Shown: positions 19,256 through 29,072 of the stretch, one piece after another
Numbering within the stretch: position 1 is the stretch's first letter
Layout: every line of letters starts with the position of its first letter
The notes under the pieces: generated by a model
What the model was told of the DNA's origin: nothing
Databases searched by the model: none
Seen by the model: only the letters and a program-made list of their open reading frames with translations
Virus record (IMG/VR): IMGVR_UViG_3300024182_000001
Span: 1 to 64,000 of that record
Reading direction: 5' to 3' (one strand)
Length of the DNA stretch: 64,000 bases
From: a virus
Made by a program: the position numbers and the translations under genes

Positions 19256-19719
19256 TATGCACGCCTCACATTAACTCGCGTAAAGTGTGATACTTCAACG
19301 CCAGTTGGCGGATGCCCCTCATGCGATTCCATCCAAGACTTGACGGCATCTTTCTGGGCAGAAATTATAAGCATATCCCCGCCGATTTCTGCCCAATTAT
19401 CGAGGCATAAATCGAGAAGCTTGTCGCGATCGGTAATTTTTACATTCATGAGCACGGATTTATACGCCGTTCCATGCTCCGTCGGCGACGCATCTTGGCC
19501 ACGCTCGTTGAAGCGCTTGAGAAACTCGCCCTCGATCGCATCCATCTCACCCTTATGGGGTTCGAGATAGGCGTCAAAGCGCTTCTTCTCCCCTTCGATC
19601 CACGCCTTCAAAGCCAGATAGCGCGCCACCATATTCTCATCAGTATCGGCGATGATTGCCGGCGGTTGGGGCTGGGCAGCTTCAGCAGGGACTTCGGCTT
19701 CTGCTTTTTTGCGGGGCAT
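19255..19719 (-). CDS. hypothetical protein (possibly Gp157-like)
   Basis: 154 aa with a charged, helical N-terminal half. The family assignment is tentative. Confidence 0.4.
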   Translation of the reverse strand: MPRKKAEAEVPAEAAQPQPPAIIADTDENMVARYLALKAWIEGEKKRFDAYLEPHKGEMDAIEGEFLKRFNERGQDASPTEHGTAYKSVLMNVKITDRDKLLDLCLDNWAEIGGDMLIISAQKDAVKSWMESHEGHPPTGVEVSHFTRVNVRRA

Positions 19720-19726
19720 GAATATC

Positions 19727-20914
19727 TCACTGTTGGGGTGCCGGTTGTTTGGCTAAGCCGATAAGTGCGTCAATCATGCCTGGTGTAACCACGATCGGCG
19801 GGCCTTTTTCGCTAAGCCCCTTGCCGAGACCTTCCTGCACTTTCAGGTTAGCAAGAGCTTGCAGGACGACAAGAGCAGGACCAAGCTTGGTTGCCGCATA
19901 CGCGTCGTTAACGGCTTTTTGGACATCCTTGTCGAATTCGAAAGTGTCACCCCAGCCGATAAAATCAAGGGTCACGCCGACTGAACTGAAATACTCACGT
20001 GCTTTTGCTTCAACGGCTTCCATGATCTTGTTGGTATCTTCATTGGCCTGATCGAAGGTACGTGATGCAATCTCGGAACAAACGAGCGTCTGCACTTTCT
20101 TGCGACCTACATCATCCATGACTTCACGTACGGAACGGCCATAATAAACTGATGTAAAGATGACCTCACCAGATGTCCGCTCGCCCTTCGGTGGGGTCAC
20201 GCCAAATCGATAGAGAAACTTAGCTGCGTCGCGTTCAGCTACAGATGCGCCAATCGAAACGCCTGCAACAATGTTCAGTCCTTCTTTGCTCTGACAGGGG
20301 AAGCCTTCCTTGGTATGCGACGTACCGCGGTCAGCGGCATCAACCCACTCACGCGAATAAGGGGTACGGTCAAGAATGATCAGGCGCCCGGTTGGAACGT
20401 AGTAATCCCATGCGAGATAGCCGCCGGAATTCGTCAGCTTCTGGTGGGGGATAAGAAAGCGCTTTACTGCGAGCTTGTTCTGGTTGAGGTAGGCTTCACT
20501 TTCGAGCTGAGCCTGGCTATCCTTGTTCGCGCCAACATCAGGGATCCAGAACGCTGATTCGTTCGGCATAATGGTATAGGCTTCAGTGCGTTCCGTCTTC
20601 TCGAAGAACGCATATGAATGCTGGTTCGCTGCGAGCAGCAAGACCAAAATCAGCGCTACCAGCGTTTTAACCCAGCGCTTTATCGGCCCAAACCAGATAG
20701 CGACAACAGCTAGCAAAAACGAAAAAAGCAGCACGATCCCACCTCCTGACATAAGAGAAAAAGTATAGGACGTTACTAGAAACGCCCCATCATCATTGGC
20801 AAATTGCTGCCCGGCGGCTTTGCCGGTCACAAGTGCGGCGATCGGACCGAAAGCCGCAGCAAGTACCAGATAGATTGCCAAAATCAAGCCTGTTGCGATG
20901 ATTCTTCCAAACAT
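19727..20914 (-). CDS. membrane protein with an SPFH/band-7-like domain
   Basis: Several N-terminal TM helices. The C-terminal region (VREVMDDVGRKKVQTLV...GVTLDFIGWGDTFEFDKDVQKA) resembles stomatin/HflC SPFH domains. Confidence 0.4.
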   Translation of the reverse strand: MFGRIIATGLILAIYLVLAAAFGPIAALVTGKAAGQQFANDDGAFLVTSYTFSLMSGGGIVLLFSFLLAVVAIWFGPIKRWVKTLVALILVLLLAANQHSYAFFEKTERTEAYTIMPNESAFWIPDVGANKDSQAQLESEAYLNQNKLAVKRFLIPHQKLTNSGGYLAWDYYVPTGRLIILDRTPYSREWVDAADRGTSHTKEGFPCQSKEGLNIVAGVSIGASVAERDAAKFLYRFGVTPPKGERTSGEVIFTSVYYGRSVREVMDDVGRKKVQTLVCSEIASRTFDQANEDTNKIMEAVEAKAREYFSSVGVTLDFIGWGDTFEFDKDVQKAVNDAYAATKLGPALVVLQALANLKVQEGLGKGLSEKGPPIVVTPGMIDALIGLAKQPAPQQ

Positions 20915-22527
20915 TAGAATTCATCCTCCTTGATCAAATCTAAGAGAAAATTCTGGTTGAGCGTGTTTGTTTCAAGCGTCTGGAAAATGCCTGCTTCCAG
21001 TTTATTAGAGACGAGTTGCACCACTGTTACAGGGTACTTTTGCCCTGGCCGATGTGCCCTTTTATTGGCCTGCAAATATAGCTCGGTCTTGTCGCAAGGT
21101 CCGTACCAGATAACGGCCGTAGCCATCCAAAGGTTGAGCCCATGTGCCATCGTGCCGGGATCAGCAATGAGAACTCTCGGCTCGGGTTCTTGCTGGAAAG
21201 CTTGAAATATCCGGGCTCGATCCTTCTGACTGGTATTTCCATTCACGATCTCGCAGGTTGTCGTCCCTTTAAGCTCCTTATACAACATCTCCACCACACT
21301 TGTCAAGGGCGCAAAGATCAATATTTTTCCTGGTGCCTGCTCCATTACATTCTTGAGTTCGGCCACGCGCGGGGAGGCGTCGATCAGATGGACTTTGTGG
21401 TTACCGTCATAGATGGCGCCAAGGGCGATCTGGATAAATTTGGTGCGCGCCGCCGCGGCGTTGATCGCCGTGATGGCCTTGCCCGACTTGGCAACCACGA
21501 TCATGTCGCGCTTGAGATCGGCCATGTGCTTCTTCTGCTCGGGTGTCAGCTCCACATGCCGCTGCTCGGTGGTCATCTCGGGACCATCCCAAATGTCCTT
21601 TATGTCGAAGCGGATGGAGGGATGAAGCAATTGGCGGGCTTTCTCGTAGCCGTCGGGGCGTGGATCCCACCCCCAAGTCGAGAACGGCTTCTTGACCATG
21701 GTTTCCATTTGGAAGGCGGTGAACGACTTGCCTTGCGCGTTATTCACCATCTTCGCCAAGCCATAGGCGTCGGTAGGCTCGTTGGGGGTAGGGGTGCCCG
21801 TCATGAGCCATAGATAATCGCGCCAGCCGATGATCAGTCGCGCCAAGCGGTGGCGCTTGGTCTGCGCGTCCTTATAGGCGGACGCTTCGTCGGCAATCAC
21901 AAGCTTGATATCCTTGCGATCGGCCAGCGCCTTGGAGAAGCCGTCCAGTTCGATCTTCTTGCGGGTATGCGCACCCACCCCGATGCCGTCGTAATTGCAG
22001 AGATAGAAGTCCGCCGGCTTTTTGAGCAGTTCCAGCCGCTTCTGAGCGGATCCATGCAGGATCACGGCGGTGCGCTTGCCCAGAAAATGCTCGAAGATGC
22101 CGTTGCTCCACTGCTGGAGGATGGAAAGCGGGCAGACAATGAGGGCGCGGAATTCACCGGGCCGGTGCCATTTCATAAGATTGTCAGCCGCCCACATTGC
22201 AGCAAGGCTTTTTCCCCCGCCCATGTCGGTCAGGCAAAAGCAGCGTGGGTGCAGGATCAGAAAGTTGGTTGTGATCTTCTGCGACTCATAGGGATGCGGC
22301 ACCGTTCTGGTATTGCGCGGCCAATCGTAGTTGGTATCATCTATTACCGGCGTCACCGGAAAATTATAGTGGCGCAAAACCTGCAGGTTATGCAGGTTCC
22401 TAGGGACCGCAACATATTGCCCGTTGATCTCCTGCGCCTCTGGGATCGTTTGCGTGATCAACGCGTGGCGGGGGTAGATCAAGGTGTTGGATTGGGGGTC
22501 ATGGTAGAAAGCGCTCATGCAATCCAC
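20914..22527 (-). CDS. SNF2-family (SF2) DNA helicase/ATPase
   Basis: Motifs GGGKS (I), DEAS (II), MTGTP (III) and HRPGQ (VI). Confidence 0.8.
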   Translation of the reverse strand: MDCMSAFYHDPQSNTLIYPRHALITQTIPEAQEINGQYVAVPRNLHNLQVLRHYNFPVTPVIDDTNYDWPRNTRTVPHPYESQKITTNFLILHPRCFCLTDMGGGKSLAAMWAADNLMKWHRPGEFRALIVCPLSILQQWSNGIFEHFLGKRTAVILHGSAQKRLELLKKPADFYLCNYDGIGVGAHTRKKIELDGFSKALADRKDIKLVIADEASAYKDAQTKRHRLARLIIGWRDYLWLMTGTPTPNEPTDAYGLAKMVNNAQGKSFTAFQMETMVKKPFSTWGWDPRPDGYEKARQLLHPSIRFDIKDIWDGPEMTTEQRHVELTPEQKKHMADLKRDMIVVAKSGKAITAINAAAARTKFIQIALGAIYDGNHKVHLIDASPRVAELKNVMEQAPGKILIFAPLTSVVEMLYKELKGTTTCEIVNGNTSQKDRARIFQAFQQEPEPRVLIADPGTMAHGLNLWMATAVIWYGPCDKTELYLQANKRAHRPGQKYPVTVVQLVSNKLEAGIFQTLETNTLNQNFLLDLIKEDEF

Positions 22528-22799
22528 TGCTTTATTAATTGGATAGCTCTCTCAGCGGTTCCCCAACAAGCGAAACCGCCCGCAAGTTCTACCTCATCTA
22601 TTCGCTTTACCTGGAGCTTAGTCGGCTGTTTACCTTCCCGCTTTACTTCAACTGAAAAAAAGCGCCCACGGTAGCATCCCACAATATCCGCCACGCCGGA
22701 TTTGCCGAACCCCATCGTGGTCGGCTTGAAGTACCAAGCTCCGATCGAGTCGAGGTAGGCGCAGATTTCTTTTTTCTCATATGATTCGGGGGTTTTCAT
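22515..22799 (-). CDS. VRR-NUC domain nuclease
   Basis: A GKSGVADIVGCYRGRFFSVEVKREGKQPTKLQ segment fits the VRR-NUC consensus; the gene is adjacent to the SNF2 helicase, as is typical. Confidence 0.7.
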   Translation of the reverse strand: MKTPESYEKKEICAYLDSIGAWYFKPTTMGFGKSGVADIVGCYRGRFFSVEVKREGKQPTKLQVKRIDEVELAGGFACWGTAERAIQLIKQWIA

Positions 22800-22809
22800 T
22801 TCGGCCTCA

Positions 22810-23559
22810 CTACTCTGCCGCCAACGCTATTGGATCGGCATCGCCACATTCAACGCAAATTGATGCCTCTTTTGCAGATTTTTTACGAGGCTGATTCCAT
22901 CCCCAGCCCCATTTACAGCGAGTAGGATGTTTGTTTTTTATTTCATTTTCTAGAGAGTGAAAACGTTCTGCGATTCCTGGATAATGCAGGCTCATAATTT
23001 CAGCTTCGCCCTGTCTGGCGAATGCCCCACATAGGCAATCTCCGCTTACAGTTAGTGTATCATAAGCCGGCGCTCGTGTGAATCCGCATTCCCAAAAAAA
23101 CTCCCAAGTTTGTTCTGTTGACCAGTTATATATTGGGGTTAAAATCGGCACGTTTTCCCAAACACTCACGGGCTTGGTGTTAATCAGCCGTCTATTGCTT
23201 TCATTAAGCCGCGTACCCGAAGCCAACACACCGCGTGGGTGGGCTTTTTTGAATTTTCGCACTCCACGGCCCTTGAGATAGTTCATAAAAATTCCATGCT
23301 TGCCGGGACCGGGGAAGCCATATTTTATAACCAGATCGTCGTAACTCGAATCGGTCGCATAAAATTCTAACGGCCATCCACGATCCGCGCAAGTCTTGAT
23401 GACGAAGGCTTTCCAATCTGGAGTGCTGACTCCTGTTTCAAACGACACGCACGCAACTAATTTTCCAGCACGTGATAAAACTTCAGCGGCAGAAAGGCTA
23501 TCTTTGCCGCCACTTACCAAAGCGTAACATTCTGGATAGAATAGTTTTGCGTTCATCAT
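22810..23559 (-). CDS. PP-loop ATP pyrophosphatase of the PAPS reductase/DndC-like family
   Basis: SGGKDS PP-loop motif and C-terminal Cys residues. The start was chosen at MMNAK (GAGGAAA RBS) rather than the long 23679 extension. Confidence 0.7.
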   Translation of the reverse strand: MMNAKLFYPECYALVSGGKDSLSAAEVLSRAGKLVACVSFETGVSTPDWKAFVIKTCADRGWPLEFYATDSSYDDLVIKYGFPGPGKHGIFMNYLKGRGVRKFKKAHPRGVLASGTRLNESNRRLINTKPVSVWENVPILTPIYNWSTEQTWEFFWECGFTRAPAYDTLTVSGDCLCGAFARQGEAEIMSLHYPGIAERFHSLENEIKNKHPTRCKWGWGWNQPRKKSAKEASICVECGDADPIALAAE

Positions 23560-24236
23560 TTCCTCGCTACAAACCTGTGCTGACAATCTTCCACGGAACA
23601 ATATCCACAGAGCCCCGACTTGTGCTTCGCAAAATCGCCCGTTTTTGTTTTGGCCTCGATCTGCCCCATCAGGGCGCAAATGCGCTTCCAGGTCCCGTCG
23701 AAGTCGGACAGGTCGTAGAGCTGGCCCATCCGGTTTTCCTTGAGCCAGCAGTATGAGCCGGCGATCTTCTTCAACCCCGGCTTCTTCGCCTTGAGCAAGA
23801 GGGCGTTAGTCTCAAGCTCGAACGGGTCTTCATAGTTCGATTTTCCTGTCTTAAAGTCGCACAGGTACGCGGTATCGCCTTGAATGACCGTGACGTCGTT
23901 CTTGCCGCGAAACCATACATCCTTATCCCAGAAGCCGGTTGAGGCTCGGGTTCTCGTCATTCCCAGTTTCTGCTCCACTTGGGGAAGCAGTCCGTCGAAG
24001 GGGGCCGCAAAACATTCCCACTGGCGCAAGTCGACGACGTTCCCTTTTCCATCCGGAACGCCGTCGGGGAGAGGCTCGCAAGAACCTATCCGACGCTCGA
24101 AAGCCTTGTGAACGTCCTCTCCGAATTTAGCCTCGGGCGACTGCACATAGGGCCCAAGGTCTTTCTTGATATACCTGCGATACATCGCGTGTTCGCAGCT
24201 GAGGAATGCCGCCAGCTGGGTAAATGTGCCCGCCAC
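23556..24236 (-). CDS. PD-(D/E)xK nuclease, Cas4/RecB-like, with a probable Fe-S cluster
   Basis: A GDTAYLCDFKTGK core motif. Four Cys residues (N-terminal C plus C-terminal CGYCSVEDC) are typical of Cas4/AddB. Confidence 0.65.
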   Translation of the reverse strand: MAGTFTQLAAFLSCEHAMYRRYIKKDLGPYVQSPEAKFGEDVHKAFERRIGSCEPLPDGVPDGKGNVVDLRQWECFAAPFDGLLPQVEQKLGMTRTRASTGFWDKDVWFRGKNDVTVIQGDTAYLCDFKTGKSNYEDPFELETNALLLKAKKPGLKKIAGSYCWLKENRMGQLYDLSDFDGTWKRICALMGQIEAKTKTGDFAKHKSGLCGYCSVEDCQHRFVARK

Positions 24237-24237
24237 T

Positions 24238-24579
24238 TTACGAAAGCACCTGGTTCAAAACCGCAAGCACCCGGCCCCGGCCTTCGTAGGGACGCAAAAG
24301 CTCGTACGCTTTCGCAAATACCTCCATGTCAGGCGCCTGCAACGTTCGAAAGATGCACTGGATGTCGTCCGGTGGCTCGACGGTTTCGGGCTCAGCTTTA
24401 CGCGCCTTGCGCTTCTGCGGGGCTTCAGCGGCTTGTACGTTGGGATCGCGCTTCGGCCGACCGCGGCGCTTGGGTTCTTCAGCTAGTACAACCGGCGAAT
24501 AGCCATGTGGAACTTGTCCGTCGAGCGGATTGCCCGGTGCGTTATGGATCGAAAAGTTTTGGAAATCCTGGTTGCTCAT
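24238..24579 (-). CDS. hypothetical protein with an AT-hook-like RRGRPKR segment
   Basis: ATGA-coupled to the upstream small ORF. Confidence 0.4.
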   Translation of the reverse strand: MSNQDFQNFSIHNAPGNPLDGQVPHGYSPVVLAEEPKRRGRPKRDPNVQAAEAPQKRKARKAEPETVEPPDDIQCIFRTLQAPDMEVFAKAYELLRPYEGRGRVLAVLNQVLS

Positions 24580-24734
24580 TTCTTCTCATCCTTCTGTGGG
24601 TAGTGTTCATCTCGATAGGTAAAGAGCTTGCCTATCAGTTTGTCGAAATCTTCGCGGGTAGAAAGCTCAGCGCGAACCACAACCGCATTCATGCCGTCTC
24701 GATCTTGGTCGAAGTTGGTTATTGTGTAGTTCAT
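24576..24734 (-). CDS. small hypothetical protein (52 aa)
   Basis: My own translation gives MNYTITNFDQDRDGMNAVVVRAELSTREDFDKLIGKLFTYRDEHYPQKDEKK. It exactly fills the gap, with ATGA coupling. Confidence 0.3.
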   Translation of the reverse strand: MNYTITNFDQDRDGMNAVVVRAELSTREDFDKLIGKLFTYRDEHYPQKDEKK

Positions 24735-25085
24735 TTACAGGCCATCCGCAGCGCGAGGTTTCATAGCCATATGAAGCATCTCTAGCGCCATCACCCCCCC
24801 ACCCGTGTTGAATCCGGAATCAAACGCGCTTTGCAAAAGCATCTTCAGCGCATCGTCTTTTTCACCGGCAGGAATCATGCTCATACCAAGCCGTACCATC
24901 GGTTCTTCCAACCACTTTTCAAACGCAGTTTTTCTGGCTTTTTGTCGTTCTTGTTCGCGCGCATCATTCTGCATTATCTTCCTCTTTTGCAAGAATTTCG
25001 GCCACGTCTCTTTTGGCCGTTTTCGAAGTTCTTCGTAGCAAGCCTGAATTGATTTAGCGAAGTCGTCGCGGGGGTTGTAGGTCAT
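24735..25085 (-). CDS. hypothetical protein
   Basis: Start chosen at MTYNPRDDF, which overlaps the DNA polymerase stop. Confidence 0.4.
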   Translation of the reverse strand: MTYNPRDDFAKSIQACYEELRKRPKETWPKFLQKRKIMQNDAREQERQKARKTAFEKWLEEPMVRLGMSMIPAGEKDDALKMLLQSAFDSGFNTGGGVMALEMLHMAMKPRAADGL

Positions 25086-26947
25086 CCATAACGTTCTCGC
25101 AGCTCGCCATCGCAGCCTAAAGGAAGATTGGGAAGCCATGGCGGCGGCTTCGTCATCTCATCCTTGCACCTTTGCAGATGTTGAGCCTCTTGTCCATCGC
25201 GAGGTATGAGAATTAACAGTTCATCATACGGGCAGTTGAGCGTTCGATAGCCCAGCCGGTTGATCCGTACCATTGCGTCGGAAACGAGATTCCAGGCCAA
25301 TCCCTGAATTAGGTTTTCGACAGCTTTCGCGCCGTATGTTTTTTCCCATCCTTTGCGAGTTTTTAGACGCCAGTAATGCTCGCCTGATTCCTCATCGTGG
25401 TGCCACTGGAGTGTATCGAAGATGATCGGGGATCCATTCGGCAGCCACATACGCCCATCACGAATTTCCACTGGGCCCCAGCTGCATGATTCCCTGTTTG
25501 CCAGGCGCTCCAGCATCCGGCCGCCTTCCCACCAGAGTTTCACGACGGCGGGGTGTGTATTGCGGTAAGCGTCTCGCAGGTCGTTGCCGCGTTCGGGCGG
25601 AAGGATGATCTTAGCCTTGTTGCGGAGCGTGGCGAGGATCTTGGCGCCACCGGAGCCATAGCCGGCCTGTAGCTCCACGACTTTGCCGACCTGGCGTTCG
25701 GTTTTATGGTCGTTCTTGTTAACGGGATAGCCGTAGAACGCTGACGCCACGGTGGAATAGACGTCTTCCCCGTTGCGGAATTTCTCGATAACATCGTGCT
25801 GGCCCGCTACCTCATTCAACAGGCGGCACTCGATCTGTGATGAGTCGATCGGTGCCAGCAGGTAGCCTTCAGGCGCGCAGATGCCTCCTTTGAGATTGGT
25901 GTTCGTATCATCCGGCGGCATGTCGGGATCGGCTTTCTTCATGTTCAAAAAGTTACTGCCATCCCCACCACTTGGGCGCGTTGTTCTTGCACCGTACGCG
26001 CGGATATAGACCGGCAAAGCGCCTCGTGAAGACATCCACCCGAGCGTGGCGGCACGCGTCTGCTGGATCGTGGATTTCACGCCCAGGCGCGCTTGGGCCA
26101 GCAGCGATACCGTCTCGTTCTCATGTTCCGGCAGGTTCTTGAGAAAGCCGTCGTTCTTGGCAAAGGCATAGATAGGACCGTTCTTGCCTTCCTTCATTTC
26201 CGGCTCGACGCCTTGTTGGCGAAGTAAGTCAGCAAAACGATCTCCTGACTGAAGGTCAGCTTCGGTAAGACTGAGTTTCTGGAGCAGCTCCTGCTTCTTG
26301 CGCGCTTCCGCTTCCCATACCTTACCAAAGAAAGCCGAATCGCCTTGTAGTACCGGATTAACGAACATGCGTATGAGGATGTCAACGACTTCAAATTGAG
26401 CCGACGGAAAGGTTTTTGTCATCTCGCCAAATACCCGCCAGATGCTTTCAACCTCGTCGCACGCTCCATCTCCAATAAGCTCCTGGGTTGACGAATCCAG
26501 CTCATACCAATGCTTTCCTCGAAAGAGGTTGTAGGGGGTCTTCTTCAGCGGGATTCCGAATTGTTCGCGTACTGAATCCAGAGAGACTCCAATATGATTG
26601 CCGAGTAGCAGCCGAGCCATATTGAGAGTACAGCCATAAAGCTTGGGTATAACGCCGTAGCGATGAGAAAGAATGAAACCGTCAAAATTAGCGTGATGGT
26701 TAATAAGAAAAGTGTTCGACCAGTCGTGCTCCTTGAGAACATATCTCAGCTCCTTTTCCGGATACCAACGCGCGGGGACGGATGGGCTCCACTTGATGGC
26801 GGCGCCATGGGCTTCGAACCACGGGTGCCGCACGTAAGCTTCCGTTGGATACCCGGTGCCGCCACGTCCTTGTAGTTTGTAGGCAATACCGCGCTCATCC
26901 TGCGCATCTGTAAAAAACGTCTCGAAATCAAGTACTACAACGTCCAT
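25082..26947 (-). CDS. family A DNA polymerase with an N-terminal 3'-5' exonuclease
   Basis: Exo I motif in DFETFF; motif A in IDSSQIECRLL; motif B in RQVGKVVELQAGYG; motif C in PYDELL. Confidence 0.85.
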   Translation of the reverse strand: MDVVVLDFETFFTDAQDERGIAYKLQGRGGTGYPTEAYVRHPWFEAHGAAIKWSPSVPARWYPEKELRYVLKEHDWSNTFLINHHANFDGFILSHRYGVIPKLYGCTLNMARLLLGNHIGVSLDSVREQFGIPLKKTPYNLFRGKHWYELDSSTQELIGDGACDEVESIWRVFGEMTKTFPSAQFEVVDILIRMFVNPVLQGDSAFFGKVWEAEARKKQELLQKLSLTEADLQSGDRFADLLRQQGVEPEMKEGKNGPIYAFAKNDGFLKNLPEHENETVSLLAQARLGVKSTIQQTRAATLGWMSSRGALPVYIRAYGARTTRPSGGDGSNFLNMKKADPDMPPDDTNTNLKGGICAPEGYLLAPIDSSQIECRLLNEVAGQHDVIEKFRNGEDVYSTVASAFYGYPVNKNDHKTERQVGKVVELQAGYGSGGAKILATLRNKAKIILPPERGNDLRDAYRNTHPAVVKLWWEGGRMLERLANRESCSWGPVEIRDGRMWLPNGSPIIFDTLQWHHDEESGEHYWRLKTRKGWEKTYGAKAVENLIQGLAWNLVSDAMVRINRLGYRTLNCPYDELLILIPRDGQEAQHLQRCKDEMTKPPPWLPNLPLGCDGELRERYG

Positions 26948-27359
26948 ATTTCTTCCTCAAATTATAAACCGTCTGCCGCGAAATTCCGTACGCTTGCGCG
27001 ATCTCCCCAGCAAGTCGACGGTCGCGCGCCACTTCCAGGCGCTGCTCTGGAGAGAGATGAAGCCCCCGCGCGCTTTCATGAACAATCCGGTAAACCCCTC
27101 CGGGGCCGCCTGTTGCCCGGATCCGGAACTCACTGTTGCTATTTTTAAGCTTCTCGTTGGCGATATAAACCATTACAGCCACACCGTGACGACAATCGGG
27201 ACCTCCATTCGGATCATCGGCGTAGACATGGTTGATAATCTGCTCGTACGTGGCTCCTTCCGGCCGGCGCGAGATGAAATCGACGATTGCCTGGCGTCTT
27301 AATCCTCCAACTTGGATCTTGGGAGGATAGGGCCGATTACAGGTTGGGCAACATTTCAT
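26928..27359 (-). CDS. putative transcriptional regulator (N-terminal CxxC zinc ribbon, winged-helix-like core, C-terminal HTH)
   Basis: Begins MKCCPTCNRP and ends with an ISRQTVYNLRKKYG HTH. Confidence 0.45.
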   Translation of the reverse strand: MKCCPTCNRPYPPKIQVGGLRRQAIVDFISRRPEGATYEQIINHVYADDPNGGPDCRHGVAVMVYIANEKLKNSNSEFRIRATGGPGGVYRIVHESARGLHLSPEQRLEVARDRRLAGEIAQAYGISRQTVYNLRKKYGRCST

Positions 27360-27775
27360 TGCTGCTTCCCACTGCCGCGATAGCGCTTCAACCCGGCTTC
27401 ATGCTCCACAATCGAGACAAGTGCGACCGAGCAATTACATTCCTTCGCGATCTGCACCTGACTCATGCCTCCTTGTTTCGAGAGTTTTATAATCTTAGCC
27501 CTTCGCTCCGGATCATCCGTCTTTGGGCGCTTGGGAAGCCCGGCCATGCGAGCGTAGCGCAATACCGTGTTATTCGAGCAGCCGTATTCCTGCACGATAT
27601 CGCGTACCGGCTTACCATTCCGGTACGCACGCACAACACGCAGAAAGCGCACCGGTCGGTTAGCTCGCTCTTGCGCGAAATCAAAGATGCGCTTGACGCT
27701 CATAATCACGGCCAGAAAAGCGCGCGATGCTTTTGACGTCTGGACGTATTCGGCGGCTACCTTCAAGGTTATCAT
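27356..27775 (-). CDS. HTH-domain DNA-binding protein (two HTH-like segments)
   Basis: Segments VRDIVQEYGCSNNTVLRYAR and MSQVQIAKECNCSVALVSIV. Confidence 0.45.
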   Translation of the reverse strand: MITLKVAAEYVQTSKASRAFLAVIMSVKRIFDFAQERANRPVRFLRVVRAYRNGKPVRDIVQEYGCSNNTVLRYARMAGLPKRPKTDDPERRAKIIKLSKQGGMSQVQIAKECNCSVALVSIVEHEAGLKRYRGSGKQQ

Positions 27776-28248
27776 TCCTTCGGCTCCAGAATGAAGCAGG
27801 CAATATGACGCCCTGTGCCTTTTCCCGCAGTTCCATCTTCGGTCGCCAGCCAGCGCACGTCACCAAGATTACGGACCTTAGCGCCTGCCGCCAAGAGCAT
27901 GAGTACCCACTTGTCGATCGGGTAAACAAGAACAACGCGCTTACCCTTTTGGTTTTCCGCTATGGCCTTGCGCGCCCAAGCCGTCGGGCCCTTTTTCTTG
28001 CCTTGGTGCAGGATCGAGCCGAACGGGGGATTGACGTAGTTCGATTTCCCCCATTCAGATGTTAATCCATCGAAGCCGGCAGGAAGGGGAAACGGAGCAG
28101 GATCGAAGTCAAAATCGAATTCTGCATTCAGCTTTTGATAAACATCTGGAGGCGTGATCCAATAATGCTTTTGGTCTTCCCCATTTCCCTTGTGGAATTT
28201 GTTATTGGCTGGGGGCAGTTGCGATTGGTGTTTCATCGCGACGACCAC
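27772..28248 (-). CDS. phage-type DNA N6-adenine methyltransferase (Dam-like)
   Basis: YVNPPFG (NPPF) catalytic motif, with an N-terminal region like phage Dam proteins. Confidence 0.65.
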   Translation of the reverse strand: MVVAMKHQSQLPPANNKFHKGNGEDQKHYWITPPDVYQKLNAEFDFDFDPAPFPLPAGFDGLTSEWGKSNYVNPPFGSILHQGKKKGPTAWARKAIAENQKGKRVVLVYPIDKWVLMLLAAGAKVRNLGDVRWLATEDGTAGKGTGRHIACFILEPKE

Positions 28249-28317
28249 ATAACCACTGGGCGTCTTGGATCGTTTTTGTTCATCTCGTCTGGAATGGTTA
28301 TTGTTATAGCAGGCATC

Positions 28318-28569
28318 TTACTCTGCCCCTACGTTCCAATCCCAACCATTGGGCGCTTTATCACGAAGCAGCGTGTCCAGGCCAAAACACGCCAAGCGAT
28401 AGCGCTGCCATACCCACGGCTTGATCCTTCGATCCCTGGCGCCATGCGGCATCATCCCGGATTCGAACGAGTTTATGGACTCGCGCGAGTATCCGAGCGC
28501 CTCACCCAAGGCTTTCTGGGTGAGGTTGAGGGATTGGCGCCAGACTTTTGCTTTTTCGTATTCGGTCAT
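28318..28569 (-). CDS. XRE-family HTH regulator
   Basis: An LTQKALGEALGYSRESINSFESG segment is an HTH_3-like motif. Confidence 0.5.
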   Translation of the reverse strand: MTEYEKAKVWRQSLNLTQKALGEALGYSRESINSFESGMMPHGARDRRIKPWVWQRYRLACFGLDTLLRDKAPNGWDWNVGAE

Positions 28570-29072
28570 GCCGGCGGAAATCCATCTTTTGGCGTGTATA
28601 TTTTACCGCCAGCGATGATCAATGAAGGCGCGTAACCATCAGCGACAAACTTTTCAGCATTTGCGCGTGGCCACGGCCCGTCACCTTGTTGCTGATCCCA
28701 GAAATCTCCATGGATTGCGAGATAGTCGATCAATTCTTCCGGGGTGGCGAAAGGCGGTGTTACCGGAGTTCCCTCACTGACTGTTTCCCACACCTGGATC
28801 CAGGTAGCTTCTTCGTCCGAATAGGTACGATAATATTCGCGATCGGGCGGCGGGTTGTTGCTCCATTCCCAATACTGGAGGTCAGCTGGATAGTTATCGG
28901 CTTTGAAATAGCTCGGGCGTTCGCCTCGCTCCCACGCCGCATATTCAGCTTTCCATTTCGCAGCGGCTTCAGCAAATGTCTGTTTATACATCGGCTGCAA
29001 ACGGCCGTCGCTCCATTCTTCCTGCTTAGGGTGATCCCAATTCGGCGGTACTTTGCGAATCTCGCGTCCCAT
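28566..29072 (-). CDS. hypothetical W/Y-rich protein
   Basis: Start chosen at MGREIRK; the upstream 30 codons of the ORF-track model are probably not translated. Confidence 0.4.
   Translation of the reverse strand: MGREIRKVPPNWDHPKQEEWSDGRLQPMYKQTFAEAAAKWKAEYAAWERGERPSYFKADNYPADLQYWEWSNNPPPDREYYRTYSDEEATWIQVWETVSEGTPVTPPFATPEELIDYLAIHGDFWDQQQGDGPWPRANAEKFVADGYAPSLIIAGGKIYTPKDGFPPA

Noticed and set aside
18830-19260. Group I intron around the HNH gene at 18923..19255
   Set aside because: The flanking genes are complete, unrelated ORFs and the HNH start abuts the upstream stop. It is a free-standing, translationally coupled homing endonuclease rather than an intron-borne one.
23560-23679. A 40-codon N-terminal extension of the PAPS-reductase-like ORF
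   Set aside because: The extension overlaps the upstream gene. A strong RBS (GAGGAAA) precedes the internal MMNAK start, and the PP-loop motif lies near that start, as in homologs.
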